Below are positions 17,801 through 27,166 of a DNA stretch of 64,000 nt, in pieces (position 1 is the stretch's first letter; every line of letters starts with the position of its first letter). Under the pieces are notes generated by a model. The model searched no databases. It worked only from the letters and a program-made list of their open reading frames with translations, and was not told the DNA's origin. The translations under genes were made by a program, and so were the position numbers. Source of the stretch: Blastocatellia bacterium (GTDB lineage Bacteria > Acidobacteriota > Blastocatellia > UBA7656); assembly GCA_963765495.1 (NCBI GenBank), contig CAVXWP010000017.1, positions 1 to 64,000 on the forward strand, given 5' to 3'.

Positions 17801-20800
17801 TTACGGGAGAGCAAACGGGTCCGCCTGCACAACTGCTGAGCGAGACCGTGAGCGTATAGGCGGTTGCTCCTGCGGTCCCACCGGTCGTGGCATCGTATAT
17901 GACCGTCGTAAATGATTCCCCGCCGGGCACCGTGAACGAGTAAATCATCGTAGCGGCCCGTGTGCCGGGGTCGGCCAGATAATTGGTTCCCGCGTTCAGG
18001 CTCGTAGCCGCGACAAACCCGCTGTTGTTGAACGTCGCCGTCTGGAGATTATTCGCCGAACCGCTGGTCACAGTGGCTGTAACGCACTGGCTGGCCGCGT
18101 TCGGATTAGTAAAGGTGAAAGCCACATACCGCCCTCCGGCGGTTGCTGAAAACCCCGTTCCCGATAGCGGCGCGGGTTTAACGTTGGCGCAGGTCGATTG
18201 CACGCCGTTACGGGCAAGCGTCCCTACCTTTGTGCCCGAAGTCGCCGTATAGCCCGTTCCCGCAGGGGGTGACACATTCAAGGTTGACGAGATCGTTGCC
18301 GCAACACGATTGCCTACATTGACGCTGAAACTCGAGACAAGCGGGCTGCCGTTGGCAAGCGTCGCCGTCAGAACCAGATTGATACTCGAACCGCAAGGCA
18401 CGGTTGATGCCAACCCGATTACAAAAGGCGTCCCCGTGTTGCTGCCGCTGCTGCCCGCATTGATTGTCCCGTAACTTGCCGACCCTTGAATCACGGTGAC
18501 GCCCGGGGTCGAAGTCTGCAACGTAGCGTTGACGTTTATCGCGGCAGCAAGCGACGGGTTGTTTAGCTGTACGACGATATTGCCGTACTCGCCCGGCTCG
18601 ACAACGGTATTGCCGTTGCTGAATGCGCCCTCTGTGAGCGTGACCGTTCCAGCCGTCAAATCGGCCTGCTGCGTCATCACAGCGGCTATTGCCGCGCTGG
18701 CATTGAGAATGCCGACACCCGTCGCATTATCTATGCCTGCGGTTTCGATATCTATGGCCGTCGTAACCAGAATATTTCTGATCTGCGCGGGCGTAAGCGA
18801 AGGATTGGCCGACTTGATCAACGCGGCTATGGCCCCGGCATGAGGCGCTGCCGCCGATGTTCCCGAAAATGGGTTCAACCCGGAGCCAAGCGAATTGCCG
18901 GATGTCGCTACCCCGTCGGCGGCTGTGATGTCGGGTTTTTGTCGAACGACTCCGCCGTTTGTCGCAAACAAAATATTGCCCGGCGTTACGGGTGTGCCGT
19001 TTGGATTGTAGAAGATTCGACGCGGGCCGTCGGAACTGAATGTCTCGACCCTGCTCGCCGCCGTAAACAGACCGCCCACGGTGTTTGCCGTAGATGCCGC
19101 AGCGGCAGCTACACCGAATCCGTCCGCCGCGCAGGAATGGCCGTGTGTGTTCCCCGGCGTAAAGACTGTCAGGCGGCCCCCCTCTGCATTCAGACTGAGA
19201 GCGCGCACGGAAGCATCGCTCGATTTGAAGATAACCAGACGGTCGCCGGTCTGACGTGTAAAGGCCGTAGCGCCTATCTCTTCGTGCGGGTCTATCGTGC
19301 CGTCTTGAATATTAGTCGAGGCCGCCTTGACCGTCGTTCCCGCCGTGTTTACTACAAACAGATCGTAATCGTTATTTGAAGCGCCAAGCGGGTCGGACCA
19401 ATCCAGCGAATAAACAAATCCGCTGGAGCTTAAAAGAATGTCGCCAAGAACCGGTGTGGCCACGGTCCCGAAATTATGGACCGTCCCCGTCTTAGTATTA
19501 CCGGGAATCGTTATTGAGCCGCCGTCAACAAAGTCGCCTTCCCAGACGCTTGCGGTACTTCTCTGGACCGAGCCTTCGTTGCCCGCCGATGAAAAATAGA
19601 GGCCGCCGCTGGCCGTCACATAATTCACCGCCTGAGCGACTATGCTGTCTTGAAATACTCCCTCATCGGAATACGAGACATCGTCAATAACGATATCGCA
19701 ATTATTTGGAGCGTCGCGTAATCGCTTGATATTGGTCGCAAAACCGGCTTCGCTTATGAAGGCGCTTGCAAAGAAGAGTTGCGCCTTTGGAGCCAGATCA
19801 TGAACGATCTGCACCATGGCTCGCCCTTCATCCGAGCCGGTAATGATGGGATTTGGATTTGGCAGGTCCTGAACTACGGTAACGGGCGTAGTATTGCCGA
19901 AAGGGTTTCCGGGGCCGGGCAGGTCTCCGGCGGCAACATCGGCCGCCGCGCCTCCACGGTAGTTAAAACTGTCGGACATAACACCGATCCTGATTCCCTC
20001 GCCCGCGAAACCATACTGAGAGCGGGCGGTATCGGCCTGATGAGCCTTGTCGCCTTGCGAGGTCGCTCCGCCAATCAGCGGGGCTGCTGCCCTTGAGGCC
20101 AGCGCTCTTATCAATTGAGAGCGCACGCTGGCAGCACGCTCGGCGAACGAAAGATGTCGCGCCGCCCCCGGATTGATTGTATTTGACAAAGTAAAAGGAC
20201 TGATCATCCGTGCAGGGTTACCGGGGCTGAAGGCGTCTATGATATCGGCATCAGTCACTCGATTTGTCTTTGCCGGCGTCGCCGACCGTATAAAAGTAAC
20301 TTCGCGATAACCTGCAATCGTCTCTATTGATGAGAGCGGGACTTGCGCCCGGATAGCGCCGTACTCTTGTGAGGCGAAGATTATCTCGCCGCCGAGTTGC
20401 TGAATCTCAGAAATCAATGTCTCGCTGACGGCAGCCTTGATATCAATCAGAACCATGCCGGAATCGCTTACATTGACGTTTGCGCGCTCCAGTGGAACGC
20501 CTGCGGCCATCTGCTGGCCGCGTGATTCCCTGATAGCCTGTAGCAGCTGAGAGGCCAGCTTTCGCTCCTGCGGGGTTCGGGATTCTTTCTCAGCCAGAAG
20601 GGCCGCGATCTGCTGCATAGCCTCGGTCGATAAAGTATTGCCTGCTGAAGGGCTGTTTACCTGTGCTGCTCGCGCAGTCGGGACAACCTTGTTCAGCAGT
20701 TTTTTCAACCCAAAAACACCGTTGAAGCGATAATTGGAAGATGACGCCATTGAAATAAGCGTCAGGGTTCCCAGACCAATAAAAACGGCGCATAACCTCG

Positions 20801-20834
20801 TAATTGAAATCCTTCTCTTTTCCCACTTCTTCAT
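14805..20834 (-). CDS. Large secreted S8/S53-like serine peptidase with Ig-like, beta-helix and HYR domains
   Basis: GVMSDS, SDEGRAM...VHDLAP, SAGNEG and FSGTSAAAPH; Ig-like repeats; GNYGGPT anchor-Q-like segment; HYR repeats SGSxFPxGTTTVTCT. Confidence 0.9.
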   Translation of the reverse strand: MKKWEKRRISITRLCAVFIGLGTLTLISMASSSNYRFNGVFGLKKLLNKVVPTARAAQVNSPSAGNTLSTEAMQQIAALLAEKESRTPQERKLASQLLQAIRESRGQQMAAGVPLERANVNVSDSGMVLIDIKAAVSETLISEIQQLGGEIIFASQEYGAIRAQVPLSSIETIAGYREVTFIRSATPAKTNRVTDADIIDAFSPGNPARMISPFTLSNTINPGAARHLSFAERAASVRSQLIRALASRAAAPLIGGATSQGDKAHQADTARSQYGFAGEGIRIGVMSDSFNYRGGAAADVAAGDLPGPGNPFGNTTPVTVVQDLPNPNPIITGSDEGRAMVQIVHDLAPKAQLFFASAFISEAGFATNIKRLRDAPNNCDIVIDDVSYSDEGVFQDSIVAQAVNYVTASGGLYFSSAGNEGSVQRSTASVWEGDFVDGGSITIPGNTKTGTVHNFGTVATPVLGDILLSSSGFVYSLDWSDPLGASNNDYDLFVVNTAGTTVKAASTNIQDGTIDPHEEIGATAFTRQTGDRLVIFKSSDASVRALSLNAEGGRLTVFTPGNTHGHSCAADGFGVAAAAASTANTVGGLFTAASRVETFSSDGPRRIFYNPNGTPVTPGNILFATNGGVVRQKPDITAADGVATSGNSLGSGLNPFSGTSAAAPHAGAIAALIKSANPSLTPAQIRNILVTTAIDIETAGIDNATGVGILNASAAIAAVMTQQADLTAGTVTLTEGAFSNGNTVVEPGEYGNIVVQLNNPSLAAAINVNATLQTSTPGVTVIQGSASYGTINAGSSGSNTGTPFVIGLASTVPCGSSINLVLTATLANGSPLVSSFSVNVGNRVAATISSTLNVSPPAGTGYTATSGTKVGTLARNGVQSTCANVKPAPLSGTGFSATAGGRYVAFTFTNPNAASQCVTATVTSGSANNLQTATFNNSGFVAATSLNAGTNYLADPGTRAATMIYSFTVPGGESFTTVIYDATTGGTAGATAYTLTVSLSSCAGGPVCSPVTITNGVIASGAIGVPYTQSFNASGGSGSYGFSLTGGLPAGLTFSGNTISGTPTQAGSFSITITASDAAGCPAGTMGYTLVIAGTIPASLTATAGDGQSTLPGTLFPTALQATVRDGNTNLLSGVAVTFTAPSSGASGTFAGGVSTLTVVTNGSGVATASAFTANTTAGSYAVTATVNNLPPVSFNLTNNCPGNFVVTNNGNSGAGTLRDIITNACAGAVITFDPTVTGTITLTGDELTISKAITITGPGAGVLAISGNHQSRVVNIAAGAGNTVEISGLTIKEGSTKSDGTDFFGGGGVLIQSGTVNLIDSVITANSATNSGNPSGGGVDNEGGVVTITRCAITNNTITNNIASNGAFYLGGGVFNEGTSMTINNSTISGNVCGPFGAGGGIAFFTSMTLTNSTVFGNSANVGGNIFRGGGTLTFKNNIIAGGALTGVGGSGVDISGTSFSSQGFNLIQTTAGGTITGTTGSNITGVSPNLFPLGNYGGPTPSLLPAPNSPVINTGDTGLTMGLDQRSLQRVVGGQADIGAVEANYLLVATAGTPQSAVINTAFGSLLQATVTESGNLINGVTVTYTAPGSGPSGLFGASATATGMTNASGIVNSPTFTANGTTGSYNVTAGIGPAFPTVNFSLTNTGPPATITATAGTPQVTQAGQAFATPLQATVRDSGNVPVSNVSVTFTVVPNNGSGGTFPGNVTQATVTTNINGQATAPTLTANSTGGIFTVNAAVNGVKTPAVFTFTVCGAIVCPANIVKSNDPNQCGAVVTYATPTTLAGCGSVACSPPSGSFFPKGTTTVTCTVSPGGQTCSFTVTVNDTQLPTISCPADITVAVPPQCPFSSTGIVVNYPAPIAADNCPGVVVTYSKASGSLFPVGTTVVTCTATDTSGNKATCTFKVRVFDICLQDDSNANTVLLINSFTGEYLLCFNGQKYTGTGVATKKGCVCTLTTNEPTRRINITVDMSTKKGSGSIQSPPGKVLCTITDRDLSDSSCNCSYPN

Positions 20835-21857
20835 ATTTCTATCCTTTCAATAAGCTGCGATATTCAATCCGATACTTTGATCCTCCCGAACGAATCCCAA
20901 ACACCGTCGCAAGTCGCCTGCTCGGCGATCTACCTGTTTTATGCTCTCTTACTTCTATAAAATGTCTGGTTGTATTTACAGTAGGGTGGGTGATTTAGCT
21001 CAAATCTCTAGCTAACGAAACTGACGGAACGGTTAGCGACACAAAACGACAGGTCGCATTAAGGGAAAGAGGTGTGAATAGTTCGGTGAAAGTCCTCACA
21101 CATTCTTTTAATCGTGTAGCTAATAGATATCGTTTGAAACTAGCAATTCAAGCTATATACAGCAATTCCCGATCGGCGCGGAAGCCCGTTCAAAAATAGA
21201 AATTGCAAAAACGTTTTGCGAACTTTCAGGGCCTACAACGATCCCGACCGGGAATTGCTAACACTCATAAACCTAATATGTAATAACACAATTTATAGAG
21301 CATTGAATCAATTCCACTGTTTCAATGCCTATATACTGCCCAGACCATACAATATCACTATTGTGCATCAGCGCTTATACTATAAACCGTTCAAATTATG
21401 CAAGCTGTAATTTCAGCGAGTCGGGTCGAAAAATGGCATCTGCCAGGGTCGTTCCGTTTTCCAAAATGCAGGATAGGAAAATAGAAAAAGTTCGAGGATT
21501 AGAGAGGCCGGGCGGATCAACGCGGATATGACCCGTTATGAGCTAATCCGTGCTCATCCGTCCGACACGTCTAATCACCTGACTGTTTCTTTTCACCATG
21601 TTTTGGAGACGCTAATAGATTCATTTGTGCCGATCTTTTACGTTTCGATTTAGATCATGTAAAAAGAAGTAAAAGTTGTGCCGCCTCTGCAAAAAGCCTG
21701 TCGGGAGGCAAACTCTACACGCTTGAATACTGTAGTATTTGCCGGGAAGAAAACCGTAAAAGGCAACCCGGATTTGAACTCAGAGACAGGCTGCCTGATA
21801 TTGGAAAGCACTGGCAAGCACCGGCAAGCACGACAGGTTTTCATCCATGCTTGCTGA

Positions 21858-23204
21858 TTGCCATCCGTTCTTTCAGCAACAGGAGGCGATATGAAACAGC
21901 ATTCCACTTTTGATTCAACAACTGAGACAGACACGACAGAACGTATCGAGAAATCCGCCGCGTCCGGGTGGCGTGCCAGCAAGGGGGCCATAGGCTTTCT
22001 TAGAGCGGCGCTATTGCTTATCGTTTTCGCAATACCAGCGATCGGTCAGGAGGCTCAAATCAATGGAGCGCTGACGGGCCTCAAGATTCAGTCAAAGGTC
22101 ATGGGTGAAGAGAGAGTGATTCTGGTTCGTACGCCGCAAGGCTACGAAACAAACGAGGTGCGTTATCCTGTCCTTTATATGACGGACGGTAACGCTCACA
22201 TTGCTCATACGAGCAGCACTATAGATTTTCTGGCTCGAAACGGGCGCATGTCCGAGATGATCGTCGTAGGTATTTTGAACACCGACCGCACTCGCGATTT
22301 GACGCCTACCCATGCGTCGATGCCCCAGCCAAACGGCGACCCCATACAGTTTCCGACAAGCGGCGGCGCTGACAAGTTTCTGAAATTCATAGAGACCGAA
22401 GTGATCCCAATGATCGAAGCGCGCTATCGCACGCAACCCTATCGAATATTTGCCGGTCACTCTTTTGGCGGCCTCTTTGCAATAAACGCGATGCTTACGC
22501 GGCCCGACCTCTTCAACGCCTACATTGCCGTGAGCCCCAGCCTTCAATGGGACAATTTTATTATGGTGAAGCGTGCCGATGAATTCTTCAAAGCCCGCAA
22601 GGAATTCAACAAGACACTATTTATCTCGCTCGGCAACGAGCCGGGAGACATTACCGAAGGGTTCAACCAATTCAAGGAGGTTCTAACCAAAAACAAGGTC
22701 AAGGGTCTGGATTGGGATTCCCAGATGATGAAAGACGAAGATCACGGCTCGGTAGTCTTGCGGAGTCACTATTTCGGCCTGCGAAAGATTTTCGATGGAT
22801 GGCAGTTGGCCCGCAACTCGGAAACGGGAGCGATAGTGGGAACCCTTCAAGGTGTGGAAGACCATTACAAAAAGCTTTCCCAGAAATTCGGCTATCAAAT
22901 CCTGGTGCCCGAAGCCCTGATGAATCAGATTGGGTATCAACTGCTCGGCGCGGGTCGAAGCGATGAGGCTATCTCGGCCTTCAAGAGCAACGTCGAGCGT
23001 TATCCTGCTTCCGCGAATGTATATGACAGCCTTGCAGAAGCCTATGAAAAGAGCGGGCGGCTCGATCTGGCGAAACCCAATTATGAGAAAGCCTTTACGC
23101 TCGGAAAGCAGAACAACGACCCGAACGTAAATGTCTACAAGACAAACTTTGAAAGGGTGAGCGCAAAGACGAGTGAAGGCGATTCGGCAATGAAGAAGCA
23201 GTGA
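21858..23204 (+). CDS. Alpha/beta-hydrolase esterase (IroE/Fes-like) with C-terminal TPR
   Basis: YPVLYMTDG, RDLTP, GHSFGG nucleophile elbow, EDHGS; TPR NVYDSLAEAY; start probably 21891. Confidence 0.85.
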   Translation: MPSVLSATGGDMKQHSTFDSTTETDTTERIEKSAASGWRASKGAIGFLRAALLLIVFAIPAIGQEAQINGALTGLKIQSKVMGEERVILVRTPQGYETNEVRYPVLYMTDGNAHIAHTSSTIDFLARNGRMSEMIVVGILNTDRTRDLTPTHASMPQPNGDPIQFPTSGGADKFLKFIETEVIPMIEARYRTQPYRIFAGHSFGGLFAINAMLTRPDLFNAYIAVSPSLQWDNFIMVKRADEFFKARKEFNKTLFISLGNEPGDITEGFNQFKEVLTKNKVKGLDWDSQMMKDEDHGSVVLRSHYFGLRKIFDGWQLARNSETGAIVGTLQGVEDHYKKLSQKFGYQILVPEALMNQIGYQLLGAGRSDEAISAFKSNVERYPASANVYDSLAEAYEKSGRLDLAKPNYEKAFTLGKQNNDPNVNVYKTNFERVSAKTSEGDSAMKKQ

Positions 23205-23226
23205 TGCATGTTTGAGAATCGTATTT

Positions 23227-23273
23227 TTTGACAGGATAAACAGAATCCAATCTAATCCTGTTTATCCTGTCAA
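23227..23273. repeat. TTGACAGGAT palindromic element, possibly a bidirectional terminator
   Basis: TTGACAGGATAAACAG...CTGTTTATCCTGTCAA between convergent genes; related copies at 27063-27141, 33153-33191 and 59339-59405. Confidence 0.7.
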
Positions 23274-23289
23274 AGTCTTTTGCCGATTA

Positions 23290-24513
23290 CTACTCGTATC
23301 TCAGCGCGTCTATCGGGTCGAGCGCGGCTGCCTTGCGGGCCGGGTAATACCCGAACATGATGCCCACGACGGCTGAGAAAATCACCGAGATAAAAATAGA
23401 AGACGGAGAAACGAGCGTCGGCCAGTTCAGGGTCGAAGCTATCGTTATCGAAGCGGTGATTCCAAGAATCACGCCGATTATGCCGCCAAGCAGTGAAAGC
23501 GTTATGGATTCAATCAGGAACTGGCGGCGTATAACTCCACTGCGAGCGCCAATTGCCATGCGGATACCTATCTCGCGCGTGCGCTCGGTCACGCTGACAA
23601 GCATGATGTTCATAATGCCGATGCCGCCCACCAGCAAAGACACACCGGCAATCGAGGCAAGCAGATTGGTCATGATCTTGCTCGACTCATCGGCCGCCTC
23701 CGCAATATCGGTGAGGTTGCGCACGCTGAAATCGTCTTCTTCATTCGGAGCCAGATGGTGACGCTGGCGCAGAAGCTCTCCGATCTGGCGCTCGGCCGTA
23801 AAAGTTGCCTCTGCGCTTACGGCCGATACCATAGCCATCGGGACGTGCGTTATTGAAAGCAGTTTCTTTTGCGCCGTTGTGTAGGGAATCAGCACCGTAT
23901 CATCCTGATCCTGCCCAAACTGGCTCTGCCCCTTTGGCGAAAGTACGCCGACCACGCGGAACGGCAGATTGCGAATCCTGAGCGTCTGCCCTATGGGGTC
24001 CATCCCGGCAAACAGATTGTCGGCAACTGTCTTGCCGAGCACGGCCACTCGCGCTGCGGTCTTCACATCAGTATCGGTGATGAAGTCGCCAGAAGCGATT
24101 GGCCAGGCGCGAATCTCTGTAAACTGTTCGCTCACGCCGTTGATGCCGCTCGATGCCGACCAGTTTTGATTGCCGAAGACCAGTTGCCCGCTTGCGCGAA
24201 TGTTTGGGCTCACGGCGCGAACCGAAGGAATCTCATTCGCTATCGCGTTTACATCGTCAACCGTAAGAGTCGTCGCCGTCCCCGCCCCGCCGCGCAAACC
24301 ACCCGAGCTTGTCGAACCGGCCGAGACATAAAGCATGTTGTTGCCAAGCTGCGAAATCTGCGATTGGATCGAAGCCGATGCGCCCTGGCCTATGCTGACC
24401 ATCGCAATCACGGCCCCGACGCCAATGATGATGCCGAGCATCGTCAACGACGAGCGCATTTTGTTGCGCGCCAGCGCGCGCAGGGCTAATTTGAAGGTCG
24501 CAAGCATGTTCAT
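23290..24513 (-). CDS. MacB-type ABC transporter permease
   Basis: RSSLTMLGIIIGV, GGIGIMNIMLVSVTERTREIGIRMAIGA, LDPIDALRYE. Confidence 0.95.
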   Translation of the reverse strand: MNMLATFKLALRALARNKMRSSLTMLGIIIGVGAVIAMVSIGQGASASIQSQISQLGNNMLYVSAGSTSSGGLRGGAGTATTLTVDDVNAIANEIPSVRAVSPNIRASGQLVFGNQNWSASSGINGVSEQFTEIRAWPIASGDFITDTDVKTAARVAVLGKTVADNLFAGMDPIGQTLRIRNLPFRVVGVLSPKGQSQFGQDQDDTVLIPYTTAQKKLLSITHVPMAMVSAVSAEATFTAERQIGELLRQRHHLAPNEEDDFSVRNLTDIAEAADESSKIMTNLLASIAGVSLLVGGIGIMNIMLVSVTERTREIGIRMAIGARSGVIRRQFLIESITLSLLGGIIGVILGITASITIASTLNWPTLVSPSSIFISVIFSAVVGIMFGYYPARKAAALDPIDALRYE

Positions 24514-25358
24514 TCGTCGTCGTCCTCCTCTTCAATAAGAGGCATATTCTCAAGTTCCGCGCGAGCCGAGCGCGGGCTGTCAACCTTGTAATCGCGCTTT
24601 ATGCGCCCGTCTTTGAAGACGATCACGCGGCTGGCATATTCGGCGATGTCGGTCTCGTGCGTGACAAGGGCTATCGTGATGCCGCGCTCTCGATTTAGCC
24701 GCTGAAATATATCCATCACCTCTACTGAGGTGCGGCTGTCGAGATTTCCGGTAGGCTCGTCGGCCAGTATGATCGCCGGATGATTCACAAGCGACCGCGC
24801 GATGGCTACGCGCTGTTGCTGCCCGCCCGATAGCTGATTGGGCATGTTGTGCATTCGGTCGGTAAGGCCCACCATCTCAAGCGCCTCTGTGGATCGCTTT
24901 AAGCGTTCGGCCGGTTTCAGGCCCAGATAAAGCATGGGAAGCTCTACGTTTTCGAGCGCCGATGTGCGAGACAACAGATTGAAACTTTGAAACACAAACC
25001 CGATTTTTCGATTTCGAATGTCGGCAAGCTCGTCTTTAGAGAGTGTGGATACGTCCTGATTTTCTAAGTAATAATGGCCCTTCGTTGGACGGTCCAGACA
25101 TCCGAGAATATTCATCGTGGTTGATTTACCCGAACCGGATGCGCCCATTATGGCTACGAACTCGCCGGGGTAAATCTCAAGCGACACGCCGCGCAGGGCG
25201 TGTATCTGGACATCGCCCATCTGATAGGTTTTCGAGACCTGATCGAGCGCAATCAGCGCATCGCCCGTCTCGGCGGGAAGATACCCGCCGAGATGCGTTA
25301 CATCGCTTTGCTTACTGAAATCGGTTCGTTGAAATTTGTTTATGATCGGTGTTGCCAT
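24510..25358 (-). CDS. ABC transporter ATP-binding protein (MacB/LolD type)
   Basis: GASGSGKST, LSGGQQQRVAIAR, ILADEPTGNLD; start set at the ATG after GAGGAG. Confidence 0.95.
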   Translation of the reverse strand: MATPIINKFQRTDFSKQSDVTHLGGYLPAETGDALIALDQVSKTYQMGDVQIHALRGVSLEIYPGEFVAIMGASGSGKSTTMNILGCLDRPTKGHYYLENQDVSTLSKDELADIRNRKIGFVFQSFNLLSRTSALENVELPMLYLGLKPAERLKRSTEALEMVGLTDRMHNMPNQLSGGQQQRVAIARSLVNHPAIILADEPTGNLDSRTSVEVMDIFQRLNRERGITIALVTHETDIAEYASRVIVFKDGRIKRDYKVDSPRSARAELENMPLIEEEDDDE

Positions 25359-25377
25359 CACAATCTCCTCGCGTCTC

Positions 25378-26919
25378 TTACCTTCGGCCACGGCCTCCGC
25401 CTCGGCCAAACGGCGAGGCTGCCGGTTGCTGAGTCGTAGCTGCGTTACCGTCGTTCTGCCCGACCACAATCGTCTCGCCTTCCTGGAGATTGCCCGAAAC
25501 AACTTCGGTCACTCTACCATTGGTCAACCCTGCGCGCACGAAGCGGGGCTCAATCTTCTTGCCGTCCACCAAGACCCAAACCGTCTGTCCCTGCGGCCTC
25601 GAAGAGTTGGCTTCTCCATTCTGGTTGGGAGCGCCCGCGCCCTGTTGTGCGCCCTGTTGTGCACTCTGTTGGGCGCCCTGTTGCGGAGATTGCTGCGCGC
25701 CTTCCTGCGTTCCCTGCCCGGCTTGCGGCTGCCCCCCTCCGCCACGGGCGGCGCGTTGGTCGCGGCGAGCCTGCATCTGATCGCGAAGCTGTTGCTGCTC
25801 GGCTTCCGTGAGGTTAGGCTTGAATCGAAGAGCAGCGTTTGGAACCGTCAATACGTTTTCGCGCTCCGCGACAGGGAAAGTTATGGTAGCCGTCATACCG
25901 GGTCGAAGTTTCAAATCGGGATTCGAAACCTCTATCACAGCCGTGTAGGTCACGACATTCTGCAAAGCCTGCGCGTCGAGCCGAATCTGCGAAACCGTGC
26001 CCGTGAAAGAGTCTCCGGGAAACGCGTCAACCGTGAAGTTGGCCTTGATCCCCTGACGTATCTGTCCCACATCCGCCTCGTCAACCGAAGCCAGCACCTG
26101 CATACGAGTCAGATCATTGGCGATTGTAAAAAGCGTAGGCGTCTGAAGACTGGCAGCGACGGTCTGACCTACGTCCACCGCGCGAGAAACGACAACGCCG
26201 TCTATGGGCGAAGTGATGACCGTGTGGTTGAGGTTTACCATGGCCTGATCGAGTTGCGCCTGAGCCTGCGCCAGTTGCGCCTTTGCCTGATCAAGCCGTG
26301 CCCGTGAACTCTGAACGGTGGCTTCGACCTGCGATACCTGCGCGCGAGCCTGCACGACGCGCCCCGAGGCGGCGTTTGCCTGCGCCTTCGCCGATTCTAT
26401 GTCACGCGAGGCGACTACGTCGGCCAGTTCTTTATAGCGATTGGCATATGCGGCGGCATCGTCGCTCGTCACTTGAGCGACTTGAAGATTTGCTTTTGCG
26501 GCCTGAAGATTTGCGTTTTGATTTGCAATATCAGAGACCGCCGCGGAAACCGCCGCCTGAGCATTTGCTACGCTGGCGCGGGCGTTTTCCACCTGCGCTT
26601 CAAACGTAGAGGAATCAAGCCGCGCTATTGGCTGCCCCTGCTTTACCTGGGAATTGAAGTCTACCCCGATCCACGATACGGTGCCCGAAGCCTGCGAGCC
26701 TACCTGCACGGTGGTCAAAGCCTGCACAGTGCCCGTAGCCGAAACTGTAACCTCTACAGAGCCGCGCTCAACCTTCCCCGTGATGTAATCCTTCGCGTCG
26801 GCTTTGCCGTTCCAGTAGACGGCAGCAAAAATCGAGACTGCCGATAACACAACGAGCGTCGCCAGGATACCTCGCCGCTTCCTTAGCGCCTGAATGAACG
26901 TCTTATATTTCTCTTTCAT
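25378..26919 (-). CDS. MacA-type periplasmic adaptor (membrane fusion protein)
   Basis: VQVGSQASG, coiled coil, ITSPIDGVV, LRPGMTA; Gln-rich insert. Confidence 0.95.
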   Translation of the reverse strand: MKEKYKTFIQALRKRRGILATLVVLSAVSIFAAVYWNGKADAKDYITGKVERGSVEVTVSATGTVQALTTVQVGSQASGTVSWIGVDFNSQVKQGQPIARLDSSTFEAQVENARASVANAQAAVSAAVSDIANQNANLQAAKANLQVAQVTSDDAAAYANRYKELADVVASRDIESAKAQANAASGRVVQARAQVSQVEATVQSSRARLDQAKAQLAQAQAQLDQAMVNLNHTVITSPIDGVVVSRAVDVGQTVAASLQTPTLFTIANDLTRMQVLASVDEADVGQIRQGIKANFTVDAFPGDSFTGTVSQIRLDAQALQNVVTYTAVIEVSNPDLKLRPGMTATITFPVAERENVLTVPNAALRFKPNLTEAEQQQLRDQMQARRDQRAARGGGGQPQAGQGTQEGAQQSPQQGAQQSAQQGAQQGAGAPNQNGEANSSRPQGQTVWVLVDGKKIEPRFVRAGLTNGRVTEVVSGNLQEGETIVVGQNDGNAATTQQPAASPFGRGGGRGRR

Positions 26920-27166
26920 CCTTGTCTCTCCACCATTCTGTTCTGAACAAGTAAGGCTCTTGACCGCCGCTTCTTACCGCCGGCTTTTCTCAAGAGCCTT
27001 CATAGGTATAGACACCATTTGGCCCACTCCGGTTACAACTATGAAAGAGAGGTGAAGGAGTCTTAGACAGGGTTGACAGGATTTACAAAATAAAAAGATA
27101 TTCTTGTCGAATCCTTAAGAATTTTGTTAAATCCTGTCAAAAGAACCGGGCTCTCGTCTGAGAGGA

